From the NCBI GenBank assembly GCA_029259185.1, contig JAPDJF010000001.1, forward strand, positions 63,427-127,426: DNA of 64,000 bases, written 5' to 3'. The DNA is from Hadesarchaea archaeon. GTDB lineage: Archaea > Hadarchaeota > Hadarchaeia > Hadarchaeales > WYZ-LMO6. Positions 20,392-29,729 of the stretch are shown in pieces (the first letter of the stretch is position 1; the number at the start of each line of letters is the position of its first letter). The notes below the pieces were generated by a model. The model ran no database searches. It saw only the letters and a list, made by a program, of their open reading frames with translations, and was not told where the DNA came from. Both the position numbers and the translations under genes were made by a program.

Positions 20392-21051
20392 ATGGGCGAT
20401 GAGATGAGTTCAGGCAAGTTTGAAATGGAGGAGCTCGCGGGAGTGGAGATGCTTGTGGATCTCGAAACGTATCTCTCCTGTGGGGTCCACATCGGAACTA
20501 GGCAGAAAACTGGATCCATGGAACCCTATATCTATCGGGTTCGCCCCGACAGGATATACATACTTGACGTGAGGAAAACGGATGCGAAAATACGCGTGGC
20601 CGCCAAGATGCTCGCGAGGGAGGATCCGGAAAGAGTTCTCGCGGTTTCGGCTAGGCAGTATGCTCAGCAGCCGGTTCAGAAGTTCTGTGAGGTTACTCGA
20701 ATGAGGCCCATGACCGGGAGGTTCATCCCTGGAACCTTGACGAATCCCTCTTATAGTGGGTACATGGAGCCTTCTCTCCTCATCCTCGCAGATCCTATGG
20801 CGGATGCGCAGCCATTGAGTGAGGCAGCAAGGGTGGGAATACCTGTTATAGGGCTGTGTGACACGGACAACGAAACATCGGACATAGATCTGGTGATCCC
20901 AACCAACAACAGAGGAAAGCGTGCCCTCGCATTGGTTTACTGGTTGCTTGCCCGCCAAGTCTTAAGGGAAAGGAATGAGCTCGCACTCGACACACCATTT
21001 CCCATCCCCATCGAGGACTTTCAGAGCAAACCAAAGGAGGCTGTAAAGTGA
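20392..21051 (+). CDS. rps2: 30S ribosomal protein uS2
   Basis: GVHIGT, GRFIPGTLTNP, IPTNNRG..AL..VYWLLAR. Confidence 0.97.
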   Translation: MGDEMSSGKFEMEELAGVEMLVDLETYLSCGVHIGTRQKTGSMEPYIYRVRPDRIYILDVRKTDAKIRVAAKMLAREDPERVLAVSARQYAQQPVQKFCEVTRMRPMTGRFIPGTLTNPSYSGYMEPSLLILADPMADAQPLSEAARVGIPVIGLCDTDNETSDIDLVIPTNNRGKRALALVYWLLARQVLRERNELALDTPFPIPIEDFQSKPKEAVK

Positions 21052-21890
21052 TCCGCTCCCCGGTGGTGGCAGGTGCGTTTTACGAGAGGGATCCGGTTTC
21101 GCTCACCGCTCAGATCGAGTGGTGTTACAAACACTCTCACGGCCCCCGTCGGCTTCCAAAGGTAGGATCCGGCCCCCGTAAAGTGTTGGGACTGGTGTCC
21201 CCGCACGCGGGCTATGTATATTCCGGTCCGGTAGCTGCTCACGGCTACGCTTTGCTCGCCCGAGGGGGGTCCGTGGAGTCGGTGGTGGTGATAGGCCCAA
21301 ATCACACCGGAATGGGTTCAGGTGTTTCCGTCTCCCCCCACCAGAAGTGGAGAACTCCGCTCGGTGATGTGGAGGTGGATACGGAACTATCGAATTCAAT
21401 AAGGGAAGCTTGTGACATACTGGATTCGGATGAACTCGCTCACATGCGTGAGCACTCGATCGAGGTGCAGTTGCCTTTCTTGCAGCATCTTTTTGGTTCA
21501 AGATTCAAGCTCGTCGCGATATGCATGATGCTTCAAGACGAGAAGACGAGTGAAGAGGTTGGCACCGCTCTCGGGAGGGTGCTAAAGGGAAGAGACGCCG
21601 TTATCATCGCCTCCACCGATTTTACACATTACGAACCCCAAGAGAGGGCTAGGGCCAAAGACGAGAAGGCCATAGGTCGAATTCTGTCACTCGACTGGCG
21701 GGGGCTCTTACGCGCGGTGGAAAGCGAAGGCATAACGATGTGTGGGTATGGTCCGGTTGCTACCATGATCCGTGCAACGCTTGAGCTCGGGGCGAAAAAA
21801 GGGGAGCTGTTGAAGTACGCGACGAGTGGGGATACCGCCGGTCCCATGCCCGAGGTCGTGGGTTATGGGTCTTTGGCCATCTTGAGATGA
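21048..21890 (+). CDS. MEMO1 family protein (AmmeMemoRadiSam protein B)
   Basis: VAGAFY, PHAGY.YSG, GPNHTG, EHS.EVQLPF, STDFTHY, MCG.GP, YATSGD. Confidence 0.93.
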   Translation: MIRSPVVAGAFYERDPVSLTAQIEWCYKHSHGPRRLPKVGSGPRKVLGLVSPHAGYVYSGPVAAHGYALLARGGSVESVVVIGPNHTGMGSGVSVSPHQKWRTPLGDVEVDTELSNSIREACDILDSDELAHMREHSIEVQLPFLQHLFGSRFKLVAICMMLQDEKTSEEVGTALGRVLKGRDAVIIASTDFTHYEPQERARAKDEKAIGRILSLDWRGLLRAVESEGITMCGYGPVATMIRATLELGAKKGELLKYATSGDTAGPMPEVVGYGSLAILR

Positions 21891-21894
21891 CTCC

Positions 21895-22683
21895 ATGCGA
21901 CCGGTCGTGGTGAAACTCGGGGGAAGCGTGATCACGGACAAGACCAGGGAGTTTTCGATCCGAAAGACCACCGTGAGGAGACTCGCCAAGGAGCTTAAAG
22001 TTGAGGAGAGAATGGTGCTCGTCCATGGGGGGGGCTCCTTCGGGCATCCACTCGCCCGACGCTACAAGCTAAACGAGGGGTTTAAACACCAGCGACAGCT
22101 GATGGGGTTCGCCAAAGTTCAGAGGGCAATGATCCTGCTCAACTCTTACATCTTGGAGGAGCTTCACCGGGCCGGAATCCCAGCGGTCTCCGTACAGCCC
22201 TCTGCGTGCGCGATAGTCGAAAACGGGAGGATAAGATCCATGGAATTGGATCCGATCAAAAAGCTCATGGATCTCCGGATTTTGCCAGTTTTATACGGGG
22301 ACGCTGTCGTAGATATGAAACGAGGAATGGGCATACTGTCGGGGGATCAGCTCGTGGTCCATCTAGCTTTGAATCTCAATGCCTCGCGTGTCGTGCTTGG
22401 GGTGGATGTGGATGGTGTCTTCACCTCCGATCCAAAGCTGAACCCTGAGGCCGAGTTGATCGGAGAGATCACTCCTGAGAGCTGGAGGAGGATTCGGTCC
22501 CGCATCTCAGTCTCGAGCGGCTCGGACGTGACGGGAGGGATGTTTGGAAAGGTTAGGGAACTCCTGACCTTGGCGAGATGGGGGATAGAAGCCCAAGTGG
22601 TGAACGCAGGGAAGAGGGGTGTCCTAAGGAGAGCGATATGCGGAGATCGAGGGCTCGGAACCCTGATAACCGTGGGTGAGTGA
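21895..22683 (+). CDS. ipk: Isopentenyl phosphate kinase
   Basis: KLGGSVITDK, VHGGGSFGH, SGD, DVTGGM..K. Confidence 0.92.
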   Translation: MRPVVVKLGGSVITDKTREFSIRKTTVRRLAKELKVEERMVLVHGGGSFGHPLARRYKLNEGFKHQRQLMGFAKVQRAMILLNSYILEELHRAGIPAVSVQPSACAIVENGRIRSMELDPIKKLMDLRILPVLYGDAVVDMKRGMGILSGDQLVVHLALNLNASRVVLGVDVDGVFTSDPKLNPEAELIGEITPESWRRIRSRISVSSGSDVTGGMFGKVRELLTLARWGIEAQVVNAGKRGVLRRAICGDRGLGTLITVGE

Positions 22684-23767
22684 GATGGGAAACATAAGCC
22701 AGAGGAAGAGAACTCACGTAGATGTCTGCCTGGAAAAGGATGTAGAGATGATGTGGACCACTCCTGGGTTCGAAGAGATCTTCTTCGTCCACGAGGCTCT
22801 TCCAGAGATAAACTTCGACGAAGTGGATCTCGAGACTTCATTTTTGGGTAAAGAACTCAGAGCCCCCCTGCTCATCTCGCCGATGACGGGGGGGTATGAG
22901 TACGGAAGAAAGCTCAACATGGTGCTCGCTAGGGTGGCGGAGGAATTCGGACTCGCATTCGGTGTTGGAAGCCAGAGAGCGGCGATAGAGGATCCGAAGC
23001 TTGAGAAAACCTATCAGGTGAGGGAGGTTGCTCCCACCACCCTGCTCGTGGCGAATTTGGGCATATCACAGTTTTCCGAAAGAGGGGTGGAAGAGGCAAA
23101 AAGGGCAGTTGAAATGATAGATGCGGATGCACTTTCGATCCACCTCAACCCCCTTCAAGAGGTCATCCAACCAGAGGGGCAACCAGACTACCGGGGGGCC
23201 CTCCGATACTTCCGAAATATCTGTGCGGGTGTGGGACTTCCGGTTATAGCCAAAGAAACCGGGGCTGGTATAAACTCTGGCGTTGCTAGGAAGCTCGTCA
23301 GGGCAGGAGCTTCTGCTATAGATGTGAGTGGAGCGGGGGGCACCTCTTGGGCGGGAGTGGAGACCCTCAGGGAATCGCCTCGGGCCCACCTAGGTCGCAC
23401 GTTTTGGGAATGGGGGATTCCAACCGCGGTCTGTACCGCGGAGGTGGCCCGCTCGGTGAGCGTGCCGGTGATCGCAAGCGGGGGGATACGTTCAGGGTTG
23501 GATGCAGCGAAGGCAATAGCACTTGGTGCGGATCTCGTGGGTGTGGCTCTCCCTCTTCTGCGTATGGCATCTCGTGGTCGGAAAGCGGTGGAGAGATGGG
23601 TGGAGAGATTCCTTCAAGAGATGCGTCTGGCGATGTTCCTGACAGGGAGTCCGGACTTGAAGAAACTCAAGAAGGTTCCACTTGTGGTCACGGGCAAGAT
23701 GCGTGACTGGTTTCTCGCCCGAGGGATAAAAATAAAACTAAGGAAAAGTGGGGGGCCGGGTGGATGA
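22676..23767 (+). CDS. fni: Type 2 isopentenyl-diphosphate isomerase
   Basis: RK..H, MTGG, GSQR, HLN..QE..QPEG, KETG, GAGGTSW. Confidence 0.95.
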   Translation: MSEMGNISQRKRTHVDVCLEKDVEMMWTTPGFEEIFFVHEALPEINFDEVDLETSFLGKELRAPLLISPMTGGYEYGRKLNMVLARVAEEFGLAFGVGSQRAAIEDPKLEKTYQVREVAPTTLLVANLGISQFSERGVEEAKRAVEMIDADALSIHLNPLQEVIQPEGQPDYRGALRYFRNICAGVGLPVIAKETGAGINSGVARKLVRAGASAIDVSGAGGTSWAGVETLRESPRAHLGRTFWEWGIPTAVCTAEVARSVSVPVIASGGIRSGLDAAKAIALGADLVGVALPLLRMASRGRKAVERWVERFLQEMRLAMFLTGSPDLKKLKKVPLVVTGKMRDWFLARGIKIKLRKSGGPGG

Positions 23768-25086
23768 TCGAGATCTTGCCACTAGGTGGTCTAGGAGAGG
23801 TGGGAAGAAACATGACTGCGGTAAGGTTCGACGATCAGTGGGTGATCATAGATATGGGTATAAGGCTGGATGCAGTTCAGGCCTTCGAGGATCTGGACAT
23901 AAGCGGGATGAGTTCAGAGGAGCTCGTCAACATAAATGCAATTCCAGATGATAGGCTGGTCCGCAAACGCAACGTGCGAGCGATCGTGCTCACCCATGGT
24001 CACTTGGATCACATAGGGGCAGTGGGCAAGCTAGCCCACGCCTACGATGCGCCCATTTATGGTACCCCTTTCACGATAGAACTCGTGAAGAAGCTGGTGT
24101 GGGAGGAGAGAACCGTCAAGCCCAAACAGGAGTTCGTGAAGGTGAGCCCGGGGGATCGGATTGAAATAGGCGATCTAGAGATAAGTTTTTATCATGCGAC
24201 CCACAGCATCCCCCAGACGGTTTTCGTGATGTTGAGGATGGGGGAACGGGCGGTCCTGTGTGCAAGCGATTTCAAGCTGGATGGAGCCCCCCTCTTGGGT
24301 CCTCCAGCGGATCTGGATGAGCTACATCGGGTGGGGAGAGAGGGTGTGAGCATTGCGCTGGTTGGATCGGTGAGGGTCGACGAGCCTGGTCCTACGGGGA
24401 GCGAGGCGAAGGCGAGGAGTATGCTTGAAGAAACGATGGAGAAGGCGAACTCCGGTGGCAAAGCTCTCTTAGCCACCACATTTTCTTCCCACATAGCGAG
24501 AATAAAATCCATGGTAGATATTTCCTTCCAATTGGGTCGTGTGCCAGTGTTGGTTGGAAGGTCTCTCCGGAGCTACGTTTCAACGGCTTTGAAACTCGGT
24601 TTGGTTTCCTTACCAGAGGAGGTTTCGATGTATGGAAGTCCGGAATCGATGAGAAAATTTTTGAAAAAAGCCAACGGTTCAAAAGGGGATTACGTGGTTA
24701 TATGCACGGGTCACCAAGGTGAGCCTGGATCGATTCTCAGCAGGATAGCGGATAGGCAACTCCCGTTCAGGATAAGCTCGGGGGATCAGGTCATATTTTC
24801 GGTGAGCGTGATCCCTAATCCGATAAACCAGAGCAATAGGGAACTCCTCGAAACAAAGCTCTTAGCCCAAGGTGCGAGGGTATATCGGGACGTCCATGTC
24901 TCCGGACACGCGGCGCGTGCCGACACGGCGGAATTTTTGAGATTGGTATCACCCGAGCATCTGGTTCCCTGTCATGGTACCCCGGAGAAGCTGAAGGCGA
25001 TGGCCGCATTGGGTAGGGAACTCGGTTATGGGAGACCCAACATCCACCTGCTCGAAAATGGTAGCTCGTTGAGGTTGTTCACGTGA
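23764..25086 (+). CDS. rnj: Archaeal RNase J (beta-CASP)
   Basis: GGLGEVGRNMT, THGHLDHIG, HSIP, GHQGEP, HVSGH. Confidence 0.92.
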   Translation: MIEILPLGGLGEVGRNMTAVRFDDQWVIIDMGIRLDAVQAFEDLDISGMSSEELVNINAIPDDRLVRKRNVRAIVLTHGHLDHIGAVGKLAHAYDAPIYGTPFTIELVKKLVWEERTVKPKQEFVKVSPGDRIEIGDLEISFYHATHSIPQTVFVMLRMGERAVLCASDFKLDGAPLLGPPADLDELHRVGREGVSIALVGSVRVDEPGPTGSEAKARSMLEETMEKANSGGKALLATTFSSHIARIKSMVDISFQLGRVPVLVGRSLRSYVSTALKLGLVSLPEEVSMYGSPESMRKFLKKANGSKGDYVVICTGHQGEPGSILSRIADRQLPFRISSGDQVIFSVSVIPNPINQSNRELLETKLLAQGARVYRDVHVSGHAARADTAEFLRLVSPEHLVPCHGTPEKLKAMAALGRELGYGRPNIHLLENGSSLRLFT

Positions 25087-26078
25087 GCGTCGCCGATTAT
25101 GTAAACAGGAAGGCACCGCTCATCGAGAGGGTCATCGACCAGCTCTTGCCCCCAAACATGCGACCGATGGTTCTCGCCAGAGCTTCTAGGCACCTGATCA
25201 AAGCTGGAGGGAAAAGGCTTCGCCCGTGTTTGGTCATAGCGGGTTGCGAAGTTGTGGGTGGGAAGGCGCGTGATGCCCTTGAGGCAGCGGCTGCCATTGA
25301 ATTCCTGCACACGTTTTCTTTGATTCACGATGATATCATGGATCACGGGGAGTTAAGAAGGAACGTTAGGACCGTTCATCTCCTGTGGGGAGAGCCAATA
25401 GCTATCGTAGCGGGAGATGCTCTCTTTGCGAAAGTTTTCGAAGCAATCGCGGTGAACGCTAGGCGCCTCAAGCTCGACGGTGCCCGGACGGCGGAACTCT
25501 TCAGAATCTTGAGCACGGCCAGCTTCGAGTTGAGCCGAGGACAGGCACTTGATCTCCTTTTCGCTAATCGAAAAGCACTGAGTGAGGAGGAGTACATAGA
25601 GATGGTGGGTTTGAAAACCGGTGCACTCATGAAAGCCTCTGTGATGGTGGGCGGGATCATCGGAGGTGGTGGGCACACCGAGGTGAGGCTGTTGGGGGAA
25701 TACGGGAAGTCTCTGGGGGTAGCGTTTCAGGTTCAGGACGATATACTAGGATTGGTGGGGGAAGAGGGAGAACTCGGTAAACCGGTGGGATCGGATCTAG
25801 TCGAGGGCAAACGTACTCTCCCAGTCCTCATGGCCATGCGGATGCTTAAGGGCAAAGAGCGCTCTAAGCTTCTCAGAACCCTCGGAAACCCGAGGGCTAG
25901 GGAGGAGGTTAGGGAGGTCGTGGACATCCTTCGGGAGAGGGGGATAATCGAGGGGGCTAGGGAGAAAGCACTTGAGTTCTCGAAGAGGGCGAGGTCAAAG
26001 GTCGGGGGATTCAAGGATTCCGAAGCCCGGAGATTTTTACTCGAGCTAACAGAGTTTGTGATCGAACGGCGGTCGTAG
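25083..26078 (+). CDS. idsA: Geranylgeranyl diphosphate synthase (polyprenyl synthetase)
   Basis: GGKRLRP, LIHDDIMD...RR, GQ.LD, KT, FQVQDD. Confidence 0.92.
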   Translation: MSVADYVNRKAPLIERVIDQLLPPNMRPMVLARASRHLIKAGGKRLRPCLVIAGCEVVGGKARDALEAAAAIEFLHTFSLIHDDIMDHGELRRNVRTVHLLWGEPIAIVAGDALFAKVFEAIAVNARRLKLDGARTAELFRILSTASFELSRGQALDLLFANRKALSEEEYIEMVGLKTGALMKASVMVGGIIGGGGHTEVRLLGEYGKSLGVAFQVQDDILGLVGEEGELGKPVGSDLVEGKRTLPVLMAMRMLKGKERSKLLRTLGNPRAREEVREVVDILRERGIIEGAREKALEFSKRARSKVGGFKDSEARRFLLELTEFVIERRS

Positions 26079-26088
26079 GTAGAGGAGT

Positions 26089-27780
26089 TTGGAAGGGATA
26101 CGCGGGCTGGTGTGTAGGCTCGTTTTGGAGAATGCGATTGAGCACAAGGGAAAGGCCGAAGTGGACTCAGTGGTCAGGAGACTCGCAGCGGAACTCCCTG
26201 AACTCCGCCCCAAGCTCAAGGAGGTTCTTCCGCTGGTGAGGGAGATCGTTTCCGAGGTGAATGCCCTCTCTCACGAGGAGCAGATCGGGAGGTTGCGGGA
26301 ATACGGTCCGTTGGAAAGACCAAAGCGAATGAGGAGGGAGGGGTTGCCCGAGCTACCCGAAGTGGAGAAGTATGAGCAGATCGTTACGAGGTTCGCACCG
26401 AATCCAAACGGTCCTCTACACTTGGGTCATGTGCGCGCAGCTTTGCTTAGTTACGAATATGCTCGGATGTACGGTGGGAAGTTCATCCTGCGATTTGAGG
26501 ACACGAATCCTGTGAACGCTAGATTGGATATGTATGAGTTGATCAAGGAGGATCTCAGGTGGTTAGGGATAGAGTGGGATGAAGAGTTCGTTCAATCGGA
26601 TCGGATGGAGCTCTATTACCGAATAGCAGAGAGGTTGCTTGAAGGAGGTAAAGCATACGTCTGTACATGTGAGGTCGAGAATTTCAGGGGCTTACGGGAC
26701 AAGGGAGAGCCGTGCCCCTGCAGGGAGCTACGGGTGGAGGAGCACATGGTGAGGTGGAGGAGGATGGTGGGAGGAAAGTATGAGGAAGGTGAGGCGGTGA
26801 TGCGTTTGAAAACGGATCTTCGACACCCGAACCCAGCGGTCAGGGACTGGCCTGCTTTCAGAGTGGTGAAGTCACCCCATCCTAGGGTGGGCATGCGGTA
26901 CAACGCTTGGCCCCTCTACAATTTCTCGGTTTCAGTGGACGATCATGAGATGGGGATAACCCATATCATAAGGGGAAAGGAGCATGAGGTGAACGAACTC
27001 AGACAACGAGCCCTCTTCAAGTACTTGGGCTGGAGGTACCCCACGGTGGTCCAGTACGGCAGACTAACACTGGCGGGGATGAAGCTCAGCAAAACAGAAA
27101 TAGTGAACTCGGTTAGGAGGGGGGAGCTTTCAGGTTACGACGATGTGAGACTCGGTACCCTGTCCGCCCTCCGAAGGCGTGGGTTCCTCCCTCAAGCTAT
27201 CAGGAGGGTGATTATGGAGGTGGGTCTGACTACGGTTGACGCCTCGGTGAGCTGGGAAGGGTTGGCAGCCTTTAACCGGAAACTCGTGGATGATATCGCG
27301 AACAGATACTTCTTCGTACCAGGCGGGGTCGAGCTCTCGATCCTGAAGGCTCCTGAGATCTCGGAAGTGGAGGTACCACTGCATCCATCCCACCCCGAGC
27401 GTGGGAAACGGAGGATCCCTCTCCGAGCAGAGGAGGGGAAACTTCTAGTTCGGATATCCAGAGTGGATTTGGACTCGTTAGAAGAGGGGAAAACCTTTCG
27501 CCTGAAGGACTTCATGAACGTCGTTCTGAAGTCGAAATCCCCGCCTGAAGCGGAGTTTCACAGCATGTCTTTGATGCCAAACGTCCCAAAGATCCAGTGG
27601 GTGCCGGAAAGAGGGGTTGAAGTGGATGTCTTGAAACCCGATGGATCCGTGGAGAAGGGGGTGGCAGAACCCGGAGTAGCAGGCCTGATTCCGGGTGAGC
27701 TAGTTCAGTTTGAGAGGTACGGTTTCGTGAAGATAGAGAAGGTCGGGGAGAGGGTATCGGCAGTGTTCACCCATAAATAG
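26089..27780 (+). CDS. gltX: Glutamyl-tRNA synthetase
   Basis: RFAPNPNGPLHLGH, LRFEDT, RGKEH, KLSK, QFERYGF. Confidence 0.96.
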   Translation: MEGIRGLVCRLVLENAIEHKGKAEVDSVVRRLAAELPELRPKLKEVLPLVREIVSEVNALSHEEQIGRLREYGPLERPKRMRREGLPELPEVEKYEQIVTRFAPNPNGPLHLGHVRAALLSYEYARMYGGKFILRFEDTNPVNARLDMYELIKEDLRWLGIEWDEEFVQSDRMELYYRIAERLLEGGKAYVCTCEVENFRGLRDKGEPCPCRELRVEEHMVRWRRMVGGKYEEGEAVMRLKTDLRHPNPAVRDWPAFRVVKSPHPRVGMRYNAWPLYNFSVSVDDHEMGITHIIRGKEHEVNELRQRALFKYLGWRYPTVVQYGRLTLAGMKLSKTEIVNSVRRGELSGYDDVRLGTLSALRRRGFLPQAIRRVIMEVGLTTVDASVSWEGLAAFNRKLVDDIANRYFFVPGGVELSILKAPEISEVEVPLHPSHPERGKRRIPLRAEEGKLLVRISRVDLDSLEEGKTFRLKDFMNVVLKSKSPPEAEFHSMSLMPNVPKIQWVPERGVEVDVLKPDGSVEKGVAEPGVAGLIPGELVQFERYGFVKIEKVGERVSAVFTHK

Positions 27781-27839
27781 AAAGGTCATGAGTTTGACAG
27801 TTGGAGGGATCGTTTCCGAGAACTCTAGGGGGGAGTAAC

Positions 27840-28406
27840 GTGGGTGTTAGGAAGGTGGCTTGGGGGATCACGGGGAGTGGGGATAGGCTTTCTGAGATCG
27901 TCGGGGAGATGAGGAGGATCAAAGAAAGATACGGGGAGGTGGAGATCAGGGTTTTCCTTTCCAAAGCTGGAGAGCGGGTGGTTAAAATGTATAAGCTCTG
28001 GGATGAACTGGGAGATGCCTTCGGGGATTTATTGGTGGAGCAAGATCCGAATACACCATTCCTCGCGGGGGCACTCCAAACCGGAGTGTACGAATTCTTT
28101 CTCATAGCCCCCGCAACCTCTAACACCGTGGCCAAGTTGGTAGTGGGGATCGCAGATTCTCTGATCACGAATTCAGCGATCCAAGCACTCAAGGTCTACC
28201 CCCCTGTCCCCGTCTACGTCATGCCATGTGACTTGGCGGAAGGATTTGTCGTGACAAGGCTTCCGACCGGCAAGGAGCTGAAGCTCAGGATCCGAAGAGA
28301 GGATGTGGAAAATGTGCGGAGACTCATGGGGATGGAAGGGGTGAAGGTTCTGAAAGGAGTTGATGAACTATGGGCGGTCTTTCGTGGACACTTCGGGAGC
28401 CCATGA
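27840..28406 (+). CDS. afpA: Archaeoflavoprotein AfpA
   Basis: VAWGITGSGD, N.PFLAG.LQ.G.Y, PATSNTVAK..GIAD. Confidence 0.85.
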   Translation: MGVRKVAWGITGSGDRLSEIVGEMRRIKERYGEVEIRVFLSKAGERVVKMYKLWDELGDAFGDLLVEQDPNTPFLAGALQTGVYEFFLIAPATSNTVAKLVVGIADSLITNSAIQALKVYPPVPVYVMPCDLAEGFVVTRLPTGKELKLRIRREDVENVRRLMGMEGVKVLKGVDELWAVFRGHFGSP

Positions 28407-28503
28407 GCCAATGTTGGTCTTCCCCTCTCCGATAGAGTTAAAATGGGTTCAAACTTAAGTTATAAGCTAGAGCCTGATGAAGGAAACGGAAGGAGGTGTT
28501 TGA

Positions 28504-28875
28504 TTGTCCAAACCAATGTATGTACGCTTCGATGTTCCCAAAGATGTGGTGGAAAAAGTTTACGATGCGGTTGAGGGGGCTAGGAAGACCGGGAAGATAA
28601 GAAAGGGCGTGAATGAAGTTGTCAAAGCTGTTGAGCGAAAACAGGCCAAACTGGTAGTGATCGCGGAGGATGTGGATCCTCCAGAGGTGGTGGCTCATTT
28701 GCCTCCGCTGTGTGATGAGCGCGGGGTTCCGTACGTGTACGTACCTAAAAAGCTTGAACTCGGTGCGGCAGCCGGCATAGATGTATCCGCGGCAGCAGTC
28801 GCGGTCGTAGAACCCGGTGAGGTCGAATCTTCGGTGAAGGAAATAATCTCGAAGGTTAAAGACCTCAAGCGATGA
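28504..28875 (+). CDS. rpl7ae: 50S ribosomal protein L7Ae
   Basis: [25 protein letters not shown]. Confidence 0.97.
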   Translation: MSKPMYVRFDVPKDVVEKVYDAVEGARKTGKIRKGVNEVVKAVERKQAKLVVIAEDVDPPEVVAHLPPLCDERGVPYVYVPKKLELGAAAGIDVSAAAVAVVEPGEVESSVKEIISKVKDLKR

Positions 28876-28879
28876 TGCG

Positions 28880-29098
28880 ATGCCTGAGGAGCACCACGTA
28901 GGCTATCCTGCCGAGGTTCTTCAGATAAGGACCCGCACCGGAGTGACTGGAGAGGTTAAACAAGTTAGGTGTAGGGTCTTGGAGGGACCCGATAAGGGAA
29001 GGATTCTAACGAGGAACGTGAAGGGACCAGTCAAGGTTGGGGACATACTGATGTTAAGGGAGACCGAGCGAGAGGCTAAGGAGATAAGGGTGCCTTGA
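28880..29098 (+). CDS. rps28e: 30S ribosomal protein S28e
   Basis: [28 protein letters not shown]. Confidence 0.97.
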   Translation: MPEEHHVGYPAEVLQIRTRTGVTGEVKQVRCRVLEGPDKGRILTRNVKGPVKVGDILMLRETEREAKEIRVP

Positions 29099-29298
29099 TG
29101 CCGACATCCTTCAAGTGCTCTTTTTGCGACGGGAGGATCGCTCCCGGTACCGGGACGATGTTCGTTAGAAGAGATGGGAGCATTCTCTATTTCTGTTCGT
29201 CGAAGTGTGAGAGGAATTTTAAGCTCGGTAGAAAACCGGAAAAAGTGCGTTGGACTAGGAAGTTTCTCCGGAAGAAGGACGCCACCGTTAAAGGTTAA
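29095..29298 (+). CDS. rpl24e: 50S ribosomal protein L24e
   Basis: CSFC...I.PGTG.MFV..DG...FCSSKC, WT. Confidence 0.96.
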   Translation: MMPTSFKCSFCDGRIAPGTGTMFVRRDGSILYFCSSKCERNFKLGRKPEKVRWTRKFLRKKDATVKG

Positions 29299-29303
29299 TG
29301 AAT

Positions 29304-29692
29304 GTGCTTTTTCAAATCGACGATGAGGGCCTGAGTATCCGTTCGCTTCAGCCTTATCCCCTTCTCATGCGCAAAATTGAGTTCGGAGGCAGGCGGTTGT
29401 AGAGCCACCTGCAAAGTGTCATGTGTCGGTTCAGAGCGCGCTCGGCTGTCTTTGAAGGATACAGGCGGAACCTATGGCTAAGCACGCCCCTGCCCCACTT
29501 CTTTCTTCATCAGCTCCGCTATTGCTTCATTGATGGTCTTGTCCTTCGTTATGGTCCGCTTGAATTCCTCCCCCCAACCTATCTTCAACCGTGATGGTGT
29601 ATTTCGTCATCACAATATGTTACTACAAACTACTATATATGCGCTCCACCTCTCATCTCCTCCCTTGCGGAAGGGACTTCCCGGCGGTGGAG
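29304..29692 (-). mobile_element. IS200/IS605 remnant: left end + frameshifted RHH-like mini-gene (29478-29610) + 5-prime tnpB fragment (from 29485)
   Basis: Minus strand TTTAA|CTCCACCGCCGGGAAGTCCCTTCCGCAAGGG left end; MTKYTITVEDRL/EEFKRTI...INEAIAELM; VLSHRFRLYPS...LCRWLYNRL/ELN...DTQALIVDLKK. Confidence 0.85.
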
Positions 29693-29729
29693 TTAAATCT
29701 GGGCTCGCATTGTATGAGCGGGGAGAAAA

